Positions 49,506 to 59,683 are shown, numbered from the stretch's first letter. The stretch is DNA of 64,000 nucleotides from an uncultured Gammaproteobacteria bacterium (GCA_963771515.1 CAVYTG010000002.1:46607-110606), one strand, 5' to 3'. Made by a program: numbers and translations. Notes: generated from the letters alone by a model not told the origin.

Positions 49506-49775
49506 TCTTTGCCCTCCTCTTCTGACTATTATTCAGTTATCTCAGTCATGGAATGCTTAAATAATACTTCAAAACCCCTTAAAAAGCCAATAAACACTAG
49601 CATTTCCCGTGAAATGTGAATGGGTGAGCAATGTCTCACAAACCAAAACGCAAATAGATGCTTTTTAGGTTTTTTTGTTTTTAATACAATAGATTGTTAG
49701 GTGATTGACTTACTCATTTGTCTCCATTCCCTCCTTTCTTTTAGCGTAAGTTAAATTTCTATTGTCACCTTGCCT

Positions 49776-49801
49776 CCGGAGTCCATCTAACTGGACTCCG
49801 G
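49776..49801. terminator. GC-rich hairpin after the trb/traG/toxin operon
   Basis: CCGGAGTCCA-N6-TGGACTCCGG, 6 bp beyond the toxin stop; T tract is on the plus side. Confidence 0.5.
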
Positions 49802-49807
49802 TTTTTA

Positions 49808-50860
49808 TCATCTTTTTCTGCTTCGACCCTCTGTTAGATTTTGTCTGTTTTGCATAACCTGCCCTCTTGCATGTTTAAGCACAGCCACCAAATCTTCTCT
49901 CTTGAGCTGATTACTTTTCATCCGCTCTGATATCTGCTCGAATCCTCTCCTCTGCTTGATCGTAATATCTTCGCTTAAACTGGCGTTGGTAAAACCTCTA
50001 TCAGCCACGATTTTCTCTGCGATTTCTCCTGCCTCTCGATTACACTCAACAGCCTCTTTGGAATATTCCCTGGCAACCTCGGGATTTTCAGACAGATGTT
50101 GCATCTTTTGATTGAACAGACGACCAACCTCTGTTTGCTTCTCAACATAATCTTGCAACTTTTGTTTTGATTCCTGATCTAATTCATAACCAGGGATGGA
50201 GAAGGTCTGCTCTCTTGATTCCAACCGTTCTCTCATATTATGACAAATATCATCAAGGTCATAAGCTGATAAAATGGTATCCATCTCAAATGCCTGCTCA
50301 AACCGCTCCTTAAGCTCTGAACCTCTAAAAAGTCTTGCAAGCTCCTTTTGCTGATGGTCAGAAAGAAGATCAGGATAGTTTCTTAAAATAAAGTGGACAT
50401 CATACACATCTCTTGCCTGCGTCCTGCCTTTGAGAGCCTCAACCTTTTGATCAGCCAAAACCGGTAATTGATAAACCTTGATTCCATTTACCAGATGGGA
50501 AGGTTGTAATTCCTGATTCCGATAGGACACTTCTATTTTCAGACGATTGCCCTGGCTGATAGGGGTATCATAAACCACACGGTATCTTGTCGTTGTATCG
50601 GTATTTTTAGGAGTATCAATAGACCTGATTTTAACTGGCGCTTTAACAGCCTGCCGGATACGATTTTCAAGATTTATCTTTTTAGTGCTGTCAAAATCTA
50701 AATCTTCCGAATGACGATCCAGTCCATAGGCAAGCAGTAAGGCAGTTCCACCTTTTAAGACAAGCGGTGTATCTGAGACAGCTTTGGCAATTGATGACAT
50801 CACATCAACATGCCACTGATTATCATCAAGGTTATTTTTGGTTAAATCATCTTGAGCCAT
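49808..50860 (-). CDS. AbiEii-family nucleotidyltransferase toxin with ~135-aa C-terminal extension
   Basis: LVLKGGTALLLAYGLDRHSEDLDF, KIEVSYR, KVEALKGRTQARDVYD; basic tail GRSRKR. Confidence 0.88.
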   Translation of the reverse strand: MAQDDLTKNNLDDNQWHVDVMSSIAKAVSDTPLVLKGGTALLLAYGLDRHSEDLDFDSTKKINLENRIRQAVKAPVKIRSIDTPKNTDTTTRYRVVYDTPISQGNRLKIEVSYRNQELQPSHLVNGIKVYQLPVLADQKVEALKGRTQARDVYDVHFILRNYPDLLSDHQQKELARLFRGSELKERFEQAFEMDTILSAYDLDDICHNMRERLESREQTFSIPGYELDQESKQKLQDYVEKQTEVGRLFNQKMQHLSENPEVAREYSKEAVECNREAGEIAEKIVADRGFTNASLSEDITIKQRRGFEQISERMKSNQLKREDLVAVLKHARGQVMQNRQNLTEGRSRKR

Positions 50861-51312
50861 TGCTCTAAAAGCTCCTGTTCTGGTTTGGATAAGTGAGATT
50901 CAAGTTTTTGGATATGCTGAAAAAGCTTTTCTTTTTGCCAACCGGTATCAAACCATCTATCGATTTCAATATAATTTGGAATCTGTTGATTTTTGATGGA
51001 AAGATAAATCATGTCCAGGATCGCCCTGTAGTGATTTGCAGCATAAACTTCTTCGTCTAAAGGAATATTAACGCCAAGCTTTCTTAAAATGTCAGAACAC
51101 TCATAAACTCCAAAGCTTCCCAAAATAGCATTGGTATTCCAGCGCTCCCCTGCACCTGCTATAAAAATCTTAGGTTTCTTACTTCCCCTTCCAAAAAATG
51201 CCTCTCTAAAATGCCAATCTCCATGACTTTCTTCAGATGGGATATTAAGTGCTGTCATTCCTGTTAAATAACGACCTTGATGGGTACTTAATAGCTTAGA
51301 CATTTTCTTCAA
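50842..51312 (-). CDS. Putative cognate antitoxin of the AbiEii toxin
   Basis: Overlaps the toxin start; YLTGMTALNI...GDWH...AANHYRAILD resembles AbiEi-like partners. Confidence 0.65.
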   Translation of the reverse strand: MKKMSKLLSTHQGRYLTGMTALNIPSEESHGDWHFREAFFGRGSKKPKIFIAGAGERWNTNAILGSFGVYECSDILRKLGVNIPLDEEVYAANHYRAILDMIYLSIKNQQIPNYIEIDRWFDTGWQKEKLFQHIQKLESHLSKPEQELLEQWLKMI

Positions 51313-53272
51313 CCAGTTGTGGATTCTGTTTATTATACTCTGCTCTCAAGACTTTTTTGCCTTCCAGTGGATTTGGATCAAATTTGCCTGCAAAGTCAGG
51401 ATGGTAAATGTATTGTACTTTTCGGCAATGAATGGCCTTGGTATGTCTTAGAAAAACATACTGCTCATCGATGGGAAGTTCTCTGATCTTGTTCATAGGG
51501 ATAAGGTCAACGCCCGTCTCGTGCACACTCTCCCCTTCCCCTTTTGAAACGGTACCACCGAAAAGCTGTGCCTGCTGTCTAGAGTCTCCTGAATTCGTTG
51601 ATAAGGTCTTTGTCAATACCGTCTTCTGACCACCCAAGGTTTTAATCCATTCCATGGTGTCTGGATCATCATTGGCAAAAAACTGTTTTAATCGAAGGCT
51701 CTTAAAAAGATCGGGTTTGTCATAAAGCTCAATTTGAGAAAGCGCCTGAAATACCGTCCAGATTCGAATACCTCTTGCCCGCAAAACCTCTATACACTTC
51801 TCAACATCTGGCACCCCGCCTAACTGGGCTAACTCCTCCAGCAAAAAAAGGATTCTTTCCTCGGGTAAGTCGCAAGGCTCTGATTTGATGATCATCCCCA
51901 TTAATAGGGACATCAGCATTCTAAAAAGACGATTGTGCTCCTGTGTTTGATCCTCTGGAATAATCACAAAAATATCCATGCTCCCTGCCAGAAATTCCTT
52001 AAGATCAAAGTTGCTTTTGGTAAGTGTTGTCTGGATATTACTATCGCTAATCCAATCGATTTGTCGATAGGTCGTTGACAGGATACTTCCCCTTTCATCA
52101 GACCCTACCCGTTCAATCTGATTGGCAGCCGCCGCTGCTCTTCCGCCTGATTCTTTCATCTCGCTCAAGGTCATTCTGGCCTCTTCATAACTTTCAGATA
52201 AAAGATTATAGAGATTGGGTAAATTTCTCCCCTCTAAATTTCCCTTCATTAAAAAATCCACATATCCTCTGATTAATATTTTGGCATTATCATCAAAGTG
52301 GGTCACAGCCCCTCCTTCATTGATAATAAAAGAGGCTGCAAATTCATTGATCATCCTGTCCCTTTCTGCCTCATTCTCTGGTATGAAATCAAAAGGATTG
52401 ATTGTATATTTTTTAAGGAGATAATCAGGTTTTCCAAAACTAAAGTCTTTTCCTTGTATGATATTAAAAGGATCAATGGTGACCACCTGCTTGCCAAAAG
52501 CCTTCGACCTGTGTCTTGCCGTGACTGCCCAAAGCTCCCCTTTAGGATCAAAAACGACCACAGGTCCTTTGTGGGAAAGCAATACTGGGATACTGGAACT
52601 ACTGGTTTTACCACCACCTTCAGGAGATATGACCAGTTTGTTATAAAGCGGTAAATATAAGGAGTTCCCCTTCTCATCTACACCAATTAAAGGACCATTA
52701 TTGGGATCATAAGCATTTAATGCCTTAAGGTCTTTCTCTGATGCAAACTGGGCGGTTCCAAAATTCCCGCTGGTATCTTCCAGCTTCCCCTCTTCATTAA
52801 ACTGCTTTTTCCTGATTAAGGAGTACATCAAAATTAAGGGAATGAACAGTAAAAAAAGCGGGATAAACTGATAAATATTGTCCTCGAAAACATCGATACT
52901 TGTTGAAAGATTACTCCAGAAAGGCAAATGCTTTGCCATGCCAAAGCTCATGTTTGTATAAAACAGCAAGCCTATTTCAACGAAAACAATGGCTGCCTGT
53001 ATAAAAAACTGCAACTGTAATAATCTTTTGATCCAGCTAAGGCTCATTTTATTTTGATGCCTAAAGCCATATGTCAGAAAGATCATCACCAGGATAATAA
53101 AAAAATACAGGCAATTCCCCACCAGTATTTCATTGCTCTTAGGATAGAGGAAAACATGAGATTTGGTGCTCTTTAAAAAATGAACCACTGGTGCAGGCAA
53201 TAATGTTGCCAAAGGTAGTGCCATCAGAATCAATAAATCTAATGCCTTTTTACTCATGATCCCCTCCCTCAA
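51296..53272 (-). CDS. traG: TraG/VirD4 type IV coupling protein
   Basis: N-terminal TMs, FGTAQFA, SPEGGGKT, FDPKGEL, LLEELAQLG; start probably 53257. Confidence 0.9.
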   Translation of the reverse strand: MREGIMSKKALDLLILMALPLATLLPAPVVHFLKSTKSHVFLYPKSNEILVGNCLYFFIILVMIFLTYGFRHQNKMSLSWIKRLLQLQFFIQAAIVFVEIGLLFYTNMSFGMAKHLPFWSNLSTSIDVFEDNIYQFIPLFLLFIPLILMYSLIRKKQFNEEGKLEDTSGNFGTAQFASEKDLKALNAYDPNNGPLIGVDEKGNSLYLPLYNKLVISPEGGGKTSSSSIPVLLSHKGPVVVFDPKGELWAVTARHRSKAFGKQVVTIDPFNIIQGKDFSFGKPDYLLKKYTINPFDFIPENEAERDRMINEFAASFIINEGGAVTHFDDNAKILIRGYVDFLMKGNLEGRNLPNLYNLLSESYEEARMTLSEMKESGGRAAAAANQIERVGSDERGSILSTTYRQIDWISDSNIQTTLTKSNFDLKEFLAGSMDIFVIIPEDQTQEHNRLFRMLMSLLMGMIIKSEPCDLPEERILFLLEELAQLGGVPDVEKCIEVLRARGIRIWTVFQALSQIELYDKPDLFKSLRLKQFFANDDPDTMEWIKTLGGQKTVLTKTLSTNSGDSRQQAQLFGGTVSKGEGESVHETGVDLIPMNKIRELPIDEQYVFLRHTKAIHCRKVQYIYHPDFAGKFDPNPLEGKKVLRAEYNKQNPQLVEENV

Positions 53273-53918
53273 TGTTTGCAGGCTTTATTGGTCTTTGACG
53301 TGCTAACTCCTTTACTCTTTCATAAAAACCATCAACTCTTGTAGATGCCGTGTAAGGGTTTAGTGGCTCTTGAGGTTGGCTTGCTTCTCTTCCTGGCAAG
53401 TGCACTTTATCAGCTCTAACCAGGCTTTCTTTCCTGGCTTCCTTTTTGCTGAAAAAACGGCCAGCCTTCTTCATTTGAGCTAACACTTTGTCAACATACC
53501 CATTTTTAATACCCCGTTCAAAACTGCCAGTATTGTATGCACTTAAAGCAGAGAGGAATGCCTTCTCACCTTCGCCATATTTTAAAGAGGCTCTTTGATA
53601 GTTCCTTATCAAAATCTGGCTTCCAGTTTTGATATTCTGGCAAGGATTAAACAGGGCGCTTAATGGCATACCCATTTTCTTATAGTTTCTTGAGTTAATT
53701 TGCATAAGCCCCATATCAATGTCATAACCCTTATCCATCAGGGATTGGGCGATAGCAACTGCTTCACCCGGTGATTGAGGCTGTTTTTTAAGCCTGAAGT
53801 TTGGGTGATTAACGCCTATCTGAAATGGCTTTGCACCTGATTCATGCTTTAGGATGGCAAAGACTGTTTGAGGGGCTAACCGATGGGCACAATGTTCTAT
53901 TGCAGCTTGTAAGTCCAA
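53250..53918 (-). CDS. VirB1-like lytic transglycosylase
   Basis: HESG, IDMGLMQINS, ALSAYNTG motifs. Confidence 0.9.
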   Translation of the reverse strand: MDLQAAIEHCAHRLAPQTVFAILKHESGAKPFQIGVNHPNFRLKKQPQSPGEAVAIAQSLMDKGYDIDMGLMQINSRNYKKMGMPLSALFNPCQNIKTGSQILIRNYQRASLKYGEGEKAFLSALSAYNTGSFERGIKNGYVDKVLAQMKKAGRFFSKKEARKESLVRADKVHLPGREASQPQEPLNPYTASTRVDGFYERVKELARQRPIKPANIEGGDHE

Positions 53919-53930
53919 AATAGTTTCTCC

Positions 53931-54524
53931 TCAATGTTTAAAAATAAGCAGTGGCTTTACGCCACTTATGATTTCTTCTTTTAAAACCTTTCCAAAATAC
54001 TTACTGTCCAAGCTACAAGGATGTTTAGTATTTAGAACAAAATACTCACCATTTTTCAGATGATAAGTCGCATTTTGGTTTATTTGCCTGCAAGGTAAAG
54101 GTTTATTAAATTTCTCTTCTTGCAATCTAACTCCATTAACCCATACTTTTATTCCTTTTAGTTTGACCTGATCTCCTTCAATGGCGACTATCTTCTTTAG
54201 TAACGGCACATGGCCACTGAAACAGCTGCCAGGAGACAGATATCTTTGGTAAGACACTCCTACCCGCTCTTTCAATAGGCAAACCAGGACATAATCTCCT
54301 TTTTTAAAGCCGCTCATTTCTTTCCAAACCCCTATAGGCGCCGATTCACTCAGATTAACTCTGATGCCTGCTAAAAGCCCCAAAGAACCCAGAAGCAAAA
54401 TAGAAACAAATAGCCAAAAGCAAACCGCTTCCAGATAACCAAACCTAATAAGGCTTGTAGGGCGCTGCAAAAACGATATCTTTTGAAACCTTGATGACAA
54501 ACTCATAACCATTACCAATTTCAA
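53931..54524 (-). CDS. traF: TraF-type S26 pilin maturation peptidase (true start probably near the trbI end)
   Basis: NLSESAPIG, LLKKIVA, SLDSKYFG motifs. Confidence 0.85.
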   Translation of the reverse strand: MKLVMVMSLSSRFQKISFLQRPTSLIRFGYLEAVCFWLFVSILLLGSLGLLAGIRVNLSESAPIGVWKEMSGFKKGDYVLVCLLKERVGVSYQRYLSPGSCFSGHVPLLKKIVAIEGDQVKLKGIKVWVNGVRLQEEKFNKPLPCRQINQNATYHLKNGEYFVLNTKHPCSLDSKYFGKVLKEEIISGVKPLLIFKH

Positions 54525-55602
54525 TGGTGGGTTGGATGTTCAGATTTTTTTCACTGACCTTCATTCCAAGGGCTGTTAGTTGCTGTCCGATACTGGCTGC
54601 TGCTAACTGTTGGGTCGTGACAACATCAGCTTGTTGTTTCTGAGGTTGCGAAAGCTGCAAGCCAACTGATAACGCCGAGGTTAATAGTGCTCCTGAGATT
54701 AATTTGGCGTAATGATTATTTACCCGATCCTTAAAGCCGCCATAACCGCCTTTGTCAGAACCTGTCATGCCGCTTAGGTTAAGAGAAGACCCATCAGGAA
54801 ATATCAAACGGGTCCAAGCAACTTGTATACGTTCCTGACCATAGACAATCTGGTTATCATAAAGCCCGAAAAGCCTTGTTCCTTTAGGAATTAAAAGGTA
54901 ATTCCCTGAAGCTGTATCATAAACATCCTCTTTAACTTGCCCAATAATCTCACCTGGCAGGTCTGAATTAATCCCTGTAATCAGGGTGCCTGTTATGACA
55001 GACCCTGCTTTTATTTCATAAGGGGAAATTGAAGCTTTTCTGGTATCTGGTAATATTTCTGGTCGATCTTTAGATGCATTAAAGCGGCTGGCCGCCTCAT
55101 TTAAGGAAGCAGCGCCTTTTTCAAGATCATTTGATGCCTCTTTGGCATTATCTGATTTTTTATCTTCCCCGGATACCAGATTATCCCATCCTTCCAAACG
55201 ACTATCAGCACTCATTGCCTTGAGGTGCTGCTCTATCTGGTAGCGCCTTAGTTCTTCTCTTTTCCTGTCTACAGGATTTTCATTTTCATCAGAAGTCACT
55301 TCTTGCCTTGAGTCTGAATGACTGGAAGATTCATCCTTTACATGCCTTTCCTTATCTTCCCTAACGATCCGATCCGCCATCTCTTTCCCTTCATCAATGG
55401 CCGGATATAAGTTTTCTGGCACTTTGCTTCCTTCAAATTTCTCAGGCTCATCTCCCCTGGACATAATCCCATAAAATGCAGTGCCAATTAGTGCAGTTGC
55501 TAAAATCCCAATGATGATCATGGCACGTGTACCTAAATGCACTCCCTTATCTGGTGTGCCATGGAGTTTAATAGCAGGCTTAACCTTTTTTGAGTGTTCC
55601 AT
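54445..55602 (-). CDS. trbI: TrbI/VirB10
   Basis: GINSDLPG, LIPKGTRLFG, WTRLIFPDG, NIQPTI motifs. Confidence 0.93.
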   Translation of the reverse strand: MEHSKKVKPAIKLHGTPDKGVHLGTRAMIIIGILATALIGTAFYGIMSRGDEPEKFEGSKVPENLYPAIDEGKEMADRIVREDKERHVKDESSSHSDSRQEVTSDENENPVDRKREELRRYQIEQHLKAMSADSRLEGWDNLVSGEDKKSDNAKEASNDLEKGAASLNEAASRFNASKDRPEILPDTRKASISPYEIKAGSVITGTLITGINSDLPGEIIGQVKEDVYDTASGNYLLIPKGTRLFGLYDNQIVYGQERIQVAWTRLIFPDGSSLNLSGMTGSDKGGYGGFKDRVNNHYAKLISGALLTSALSVGLQLSQPQKQQADVVTTQQLAAASIGQQLTALGMKVSEKNLNIQPTIEIGNGYEFVIKVSKDIVFAAPYKPY

Positions 55603-55606
55603 GGTT

Positions 55607-56503
55607 TTATCTCACACATTGTCCAAAAAGATTTTTCTTCTGGCAGGAGCGAATAATCTTCACATATCGCTGACCTTTGCCTGTGCCAATGACAAGAGCT
55701 GCCTGGCTAAACAGCTTATCTACGATGTAGTAATCATCCTTGACTCGATAGTTCACAAGCTCTGCCCTTTTATCTCTTCCAATTAATAAAAGACTAGGTG
55801 CCTCCCTGTGCGCATAGCTTCTTGGCATTTGAATATAAACTTTCCTGCCATCATCAAACACCCTGACGGGTCTAAAATATTGAGCGCCACGAGTACAGAA
55901 AATTTGATAATGAAAATTCAGATGATCAGGTGAAATACCAGGAAGTCTTGATACTGTACGTGCCCTATCTCTTGCAGCTATTTTAATCTTTGCTTCCCAT
56001 GCTTTTTTGGCATTTTCAGGATAGTAAAACCCTGCTCGTGTTACATATTGCCTATGCAGAGAATCAAGTGAACGCAGACGGATATAATAAGTGCGACGGT
56101 TAGTTGGGATAATCGCATTGGTTTCAAGGTTATAATTTCTAGGTTTGATCACTACGTGATAGGTTCTCTTTTCTCCTTCTCCTGAAATGGCAGGTGTGAT
56201 GTTCCAGTTAACTTTATCACCCACATGAGGCGCATCGGTTGGTACCTCTCCAGCTTCCAGTTCAATGTCACAAACATATAAAGGCGAACAAATGATCATC
56301 GGGCTTGATTGACCATAGGTAAAAACCACTTTGCCATCATCCTCCATTGCAGGCTTTGCTTTTCTGTCATTTGCCCATTTTGTAGAAAGATTAAGCGCTT
56401 CAATGGGTGGTGCCACCGCATGTTTTGCAGGTTTTTTTTGGGCAAAGCCTGCTGCTGGAATCAGGCTCCCAACACACAGGATAATCAAAGATATTTTTTT
56501 CAT
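55607..56503 (-). CDS. trbG: TrbG/VirB9
   Basis: Signal peptide, DIELEAGE, TNRRTY, PVRVFDDG, VNYRV. Confidence 0.93.
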   Translation of the reverse strand: MKKISLIILCVGSLIPAAGFAQKKPAKHAVAPPIEALNLSTKWANDRKAKPAMEDDGKVVFTYGQSSPMIICSPLYVCDIELEAGEVPTDAPHVGDKVNWNITPAISGEGEKRTYHVVIKPRNYNLETNAIIPTNRRTYYIRLRSLDSLHRQYVTRAGFYYPENAKKAWEAKIKIAARDRARTVSRLPGISPDHLNFHYQIFCTRGAQYFRPVRVFDDGRKVYIQMPRSYAHREAPSLLLIGRDKRAELVNYRVKDDYYIVDKLFSQAALVIGTGKGQRYVKIIRSCQKKNLFGQCVR

Positions 56504-56539
56504 GACTTAGGTTCTCCCTCAGAATTAAAGCAGATAAAA

Positions 56540-57298
56540 TTAAAGTTCTTGCGACCAGTTAATGTCGGTAATAAAAAGACCCAAAGGGTTAGTTAACATC
56601 AAACGTTCATCATTGACCTGCTGAAAAGCAATATTAAAAAAGGCTTTCCATCTAAGGGTATTTTTCTCTTTTCCATCAGGGTTTCTGATAATTTCTACCC
56701 ACTCTACCTGCCAAGTATTTTTGGAAAGGGGTAGCAAAGTTTTCACCTGAACACTTACGGTATGCATCTTTGCCACCTTCAAAGGAGAGTTGCTTTTATA
56801 AAACCCATTGATTTTTTCAACCGCAGGGGAGTTGGCAGGCAACATGGAATAAAGCGCATGAATCGATTTGTTCTGAACCCTGGAATCTGTTGTGACCATT
56901 CGCCAGTTATTTAAAAAGCTCACCAGATAAGCCTTGATAAGCTTCTCATCCATAACACCAACTTTTTGGGCAAATCCTGCCCTTGCCGCCTTTCCATGTT
57001 GATCAACCTCTACAATGTAGGGAACATAAGTCTTTTGAGATGCAATCCAGAACATGCCAATCACTGCAAAAAGAGCTGTTACAGATGAAATGGCTGCAAG
57101 GTATCGATAGTTTTTTGCTCTTGAAATATAATCCCCATAGCGTTCATTCCACTCCTTTTTAGCTGCCAGAAACGGATCATAAAGCTCCTGCTTTTCTACA
57201 GTTTCTTCCTTTTGTTCTTTCTGGGATGTCTTACCTTTTAAAACGGTACTCGACTTTTCCATCAGCATGGAAACATATTTTTGGACAGTATCTTTCAT
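56540..57298 (-). CDS. trbF: TrbF/VirB8
   Basis: EWNERYG, PYIVEVD, WQVEW, NPLGLFI motifs. Confidence 0.92.
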   Translation of the reverse strand: MKDTVQKYVSMLMEKSSTVLKGKTSQKEQKEETVEKQELYDPFLAAKKEWNERYGDYISRAKNYRYLAAISSVTALFAVIGMFWIASQKTYVPYIVEVDQHGKAARAGFAQKVGVMDEKLIKAYLVSFLNNWRMVTTDSRVQNKSIHALYSMLPANSPAVEKINGFYKSNSPLKVAKMHTVSVQVKTLLPLSKNTWQVEWVEIIRNPDGKEKNTLRWKAFFNIAFQQVNDERLMLTNPLGLFITDINWSQEL

Positions 57299-57322
57299 TG
57301 AAATCTCCCTCGCTAATATTAA

Positions 57323-58711
57323 CTAGTCAGTGTGGTTCATACGGATTTGAGGTGTACCGCCTGGTCCCTCATCATTTGCAATGTGAGCACCTCTATTTCT
57401 TCTACCAGGTCTTTTAAAATTTCTTCTAAGTCCAGAACCATCCGAAGTAGTACTTGCTATCGCCTTGCTAACATCAGATGTATGACTTTTAGATGATGAA
57501 CTATTACTGCCTGAACTGGTTGATCCAGATGACTTTGAGGGGCCTTGTGTATTTTCACTTGTTGTATGGGTTGAGTGACTGCTACTTGGGCTAGCCGCTG
57601 TTGCACCTTTAGAAGAAGCATGACCTCCTCCACCTCCTTGAGTCCTGGGAGATGGTCCAGAGGGTGAGCCACCAGAGCCACGATTAGAAAGCACATTTCT
57701 GATACTGTTAAACCCTTCTCTACCCGATTTAATTGCAGTACCGATACCATTTACACCGGCCTTGGTAGCCGCAACACCCATAGTACCTGCCGCAGCCGCA
57801 GTTGCTACAACGCCAACAGCAGCTCCTGTTACATTACCCGCTGATAGAGAAGGCGCACCAGACAACATGCTAGCTGCAAGTTTTGGAACACCCCAGCTAA
57901 GTCCTGCCAATATTAAAGATCCAGCTAAAACATAAAAAATGTGGTTGTAATCAACTTTTTCTGCATCCAAAAATATATTTCCCCATTTATCTGCATTCGC
58001 AGTTCCCACCCCTATAATCAGATAAATGGTGAAAAGCCTGACACCTATGGAAAACGCATAACCAATATATTTTTGCGCATAATCAGTGGTCCATCGACTT
58101 CCGCCAAGACCTAAGAAAAGCACTCCCGCTCCCGTAACAATATAACTTTCAATCAGAGTAACTAACATTTGATAGGCAATACACAAAAAAGCTAAAAAAA
58201 TTAAAAGTGCTGCAATCACCCCTACAAACCCAGGTCCAACATCGCTCAAAATGCTTAACTTTTTAAGCGATTCAAGCAATGCAACTGAAGTATTAATGCC
58301 AAGATCTAAAACTTTGGATGGATTTAATGCACCTACATTGGCAGCCAAACCACCTGCCTTGGCAAAGCCATTTATAATCATTGGAAGCCATTGGTCCGCC
58401 TGTTGCACCAACATATAAAAAAAGCTGATACTCATGATTTTTTTCAAAAGTGCAGCGGTTAGGCTTTGGGTATCCCGCTCTTTCAAAAGCCAGGTTATCG
58501 CAGACCAGGCAAACTCAATGGCTGCCAACTTCCAAAAAAGATTTCTGGCAATATCCTGAAGTTTGGGAAACCATTTTAGAGACTCTATCTGATAGTCCCT
58601 TGCAATCGTTGACATAACATTGCTTGCCATTACATCCGTACAAAAAAATATCATCAGCCCTGTCAGAAGCCACCAAAATTTAAAAGGTATATTAAAAGCC
58701 TTTATCTGCAT
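57323..58711 (-). CDS. trbL: TrbL/VirB6
   Basis: Polytopic; LGLGGSRWT; S/G-rich tail. Confidence 0.9.
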   Translation of the reverse strand: MQIKAFNIPFKFWWLLTGLMIFFCTDVMASNVMSTIARDYQIESLKWFPKLQDIARNLFWKLAAIEFAWSAITWLLKERDTQSLTAALLKKIMSISFFYMLVQQADQWLPMIINGFAKAGGLAANVGALNPSKVLDLGINTSVALLESLKKLSILSDVGPGFVGVIAALLIFLAFLCIAYQMLVTLIESYIVTGAGVLFLGLGGSRWTTDYAQKYIGYAFSIGVRLFTIYLIIGVGTANADKWGNIFLDAEKVDYNHIFYVLAGSLILAGLSWGVPKLAASMLSGAPSLSAGNVTGAAVGVVATAAAAGTMGVAATKAGVNGIGTAIKSGREGFNSIRNVLSNRGSGGSPSGPSPRTQGGGGGHASSKGATAASPSSSHSTHTTSENTQGPSKSSGSTSSGSNSSSSKSHTSDVSKAIASTTSDGSGLRRNFKRPGRRNRGAHIANDEGPGGTPQIRMNHTD

Positions 58712-58722
58712 GATTTGCTCTC

Positions 58723-59013
58723 TTATTCGCGATCCAATGTCCCGCCTTTGAACCCTTCATGTTCCTCGAGCTTATTTGGTTTTAACATCCAGGCAGAAAT
58801 CGCCTCTTTACAGCTAAATTTCTCATCTTCTGTTAAATGCTTTCCTTTCTCCTGACTTTCCATACAGAGCTTCATCATCGTCTGAGCCTCATCAAGGTGA
58901 GCCTTATAATACTGATAATCTTTTGGCGGTAATTTTTCTTTTTCACAACCAGCGAGCAGCACAAAGGCACTAACGACCATTGCCATCGTGATTTTTCTAA
59001 ACTTATCTTGCAT
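58723..59013 (-). CDS. trbK: Entry-exclusion lipoprotein (TrbK/EexN-like)
   Basis: Lipobox LAGC, YYKAH; lies between trbJ and trbL; shares C-terminal FKGGTLD with TrbJ. Confidence 0.75.
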   Translation of the reverse strand: MQDKFRKITMAMVVSAFVLLAGCEKEKLPPKDYQYYKAHLDEAQTMMKLCMESQEKGKHLTEDEKFSCKEAISAWMLKPNKLEEHEGFKGGTLDRE

Positions 59014-59683
59014 CTAAAGTGCCTCCTTTAAAGGTTTCATAATACTCCCCTCGCCCAGCCTTTTTCTTTGGAAAAAGACGTTCTCTTGAAGCCCTAAGAT
59101 GAGCTTCCTTTTGTTCTTGTGCTGCCATGTAAACATTTTGTGATTGTATTTGTGACATCAATAACTGCCTTACCTTCTGCATCTGGGCAAGCTGCTCTAT
59201 CGCAATTTCATTGTTCACCTGGATAGCCTCCATACGACCCCCTGTTTTTTCAGTTTGTTGTTTTAGCCTTTGAAGATGACGAGTTTCTCTTGCCAGCTGC
59301 TCGTTTTGTGTTTGAGTGATCGCTAAACCTGCCTGCAAAGTATCAATGGCCGTATTTGACCAAAGCTGATAATCTCCCTTGTATTGCTTAGCATCCTTAT
59401 AGCCCGGAAATCTTTTGGAAAAAAGATCATGCTGGCTAAGATAGGTAATACCACTAACAGTTTGCGTCGCCTTTTCCAGTGCCGCCAGATCACCTTCTAT
59501 ATCTGTCCATTCATGCTGCGTTATGCCCTTTGTGTTTTTTTCCAAATCATGCAGCTGCTCCTTGATATCCCCTAATGAAGAAATGATTTTGGCTATGTCC
59601 ACAGGGCTAAATGCTAGAACCTGGCTTGATGCCAGACACAAGCTCACCAACAACCATAAAAAAAATGTATTCTCTCTTTTCAT
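59003..59683 (-). CDS. trbJ: TrbJ/VirB5
   Basis: Signal peptide, GRMEAIQVNNEIA, QKVRQLLMSQ. Confidence 0.85.
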   Translation of the reverse strand: MKRENTFFLWLLVSLCLASSQVLAFSPVDIAKIISSLGDIKEQLHDLEKNTKGITQHEWTDIEGDLAALEKATQTVSGITYLSQHDLFSKRFPGYKDAKQYKGDYQLWSNTAIDTLQAGLAITQTQNEQLARETRHLQRLKQQTEKTGGRMEAIQVNNEIAIEQLAQMQKVRQLLMSQIQSQNVYMAAQEQKEAHLRASRERLFPKKKAGRGEYYETFKGGTLDAR

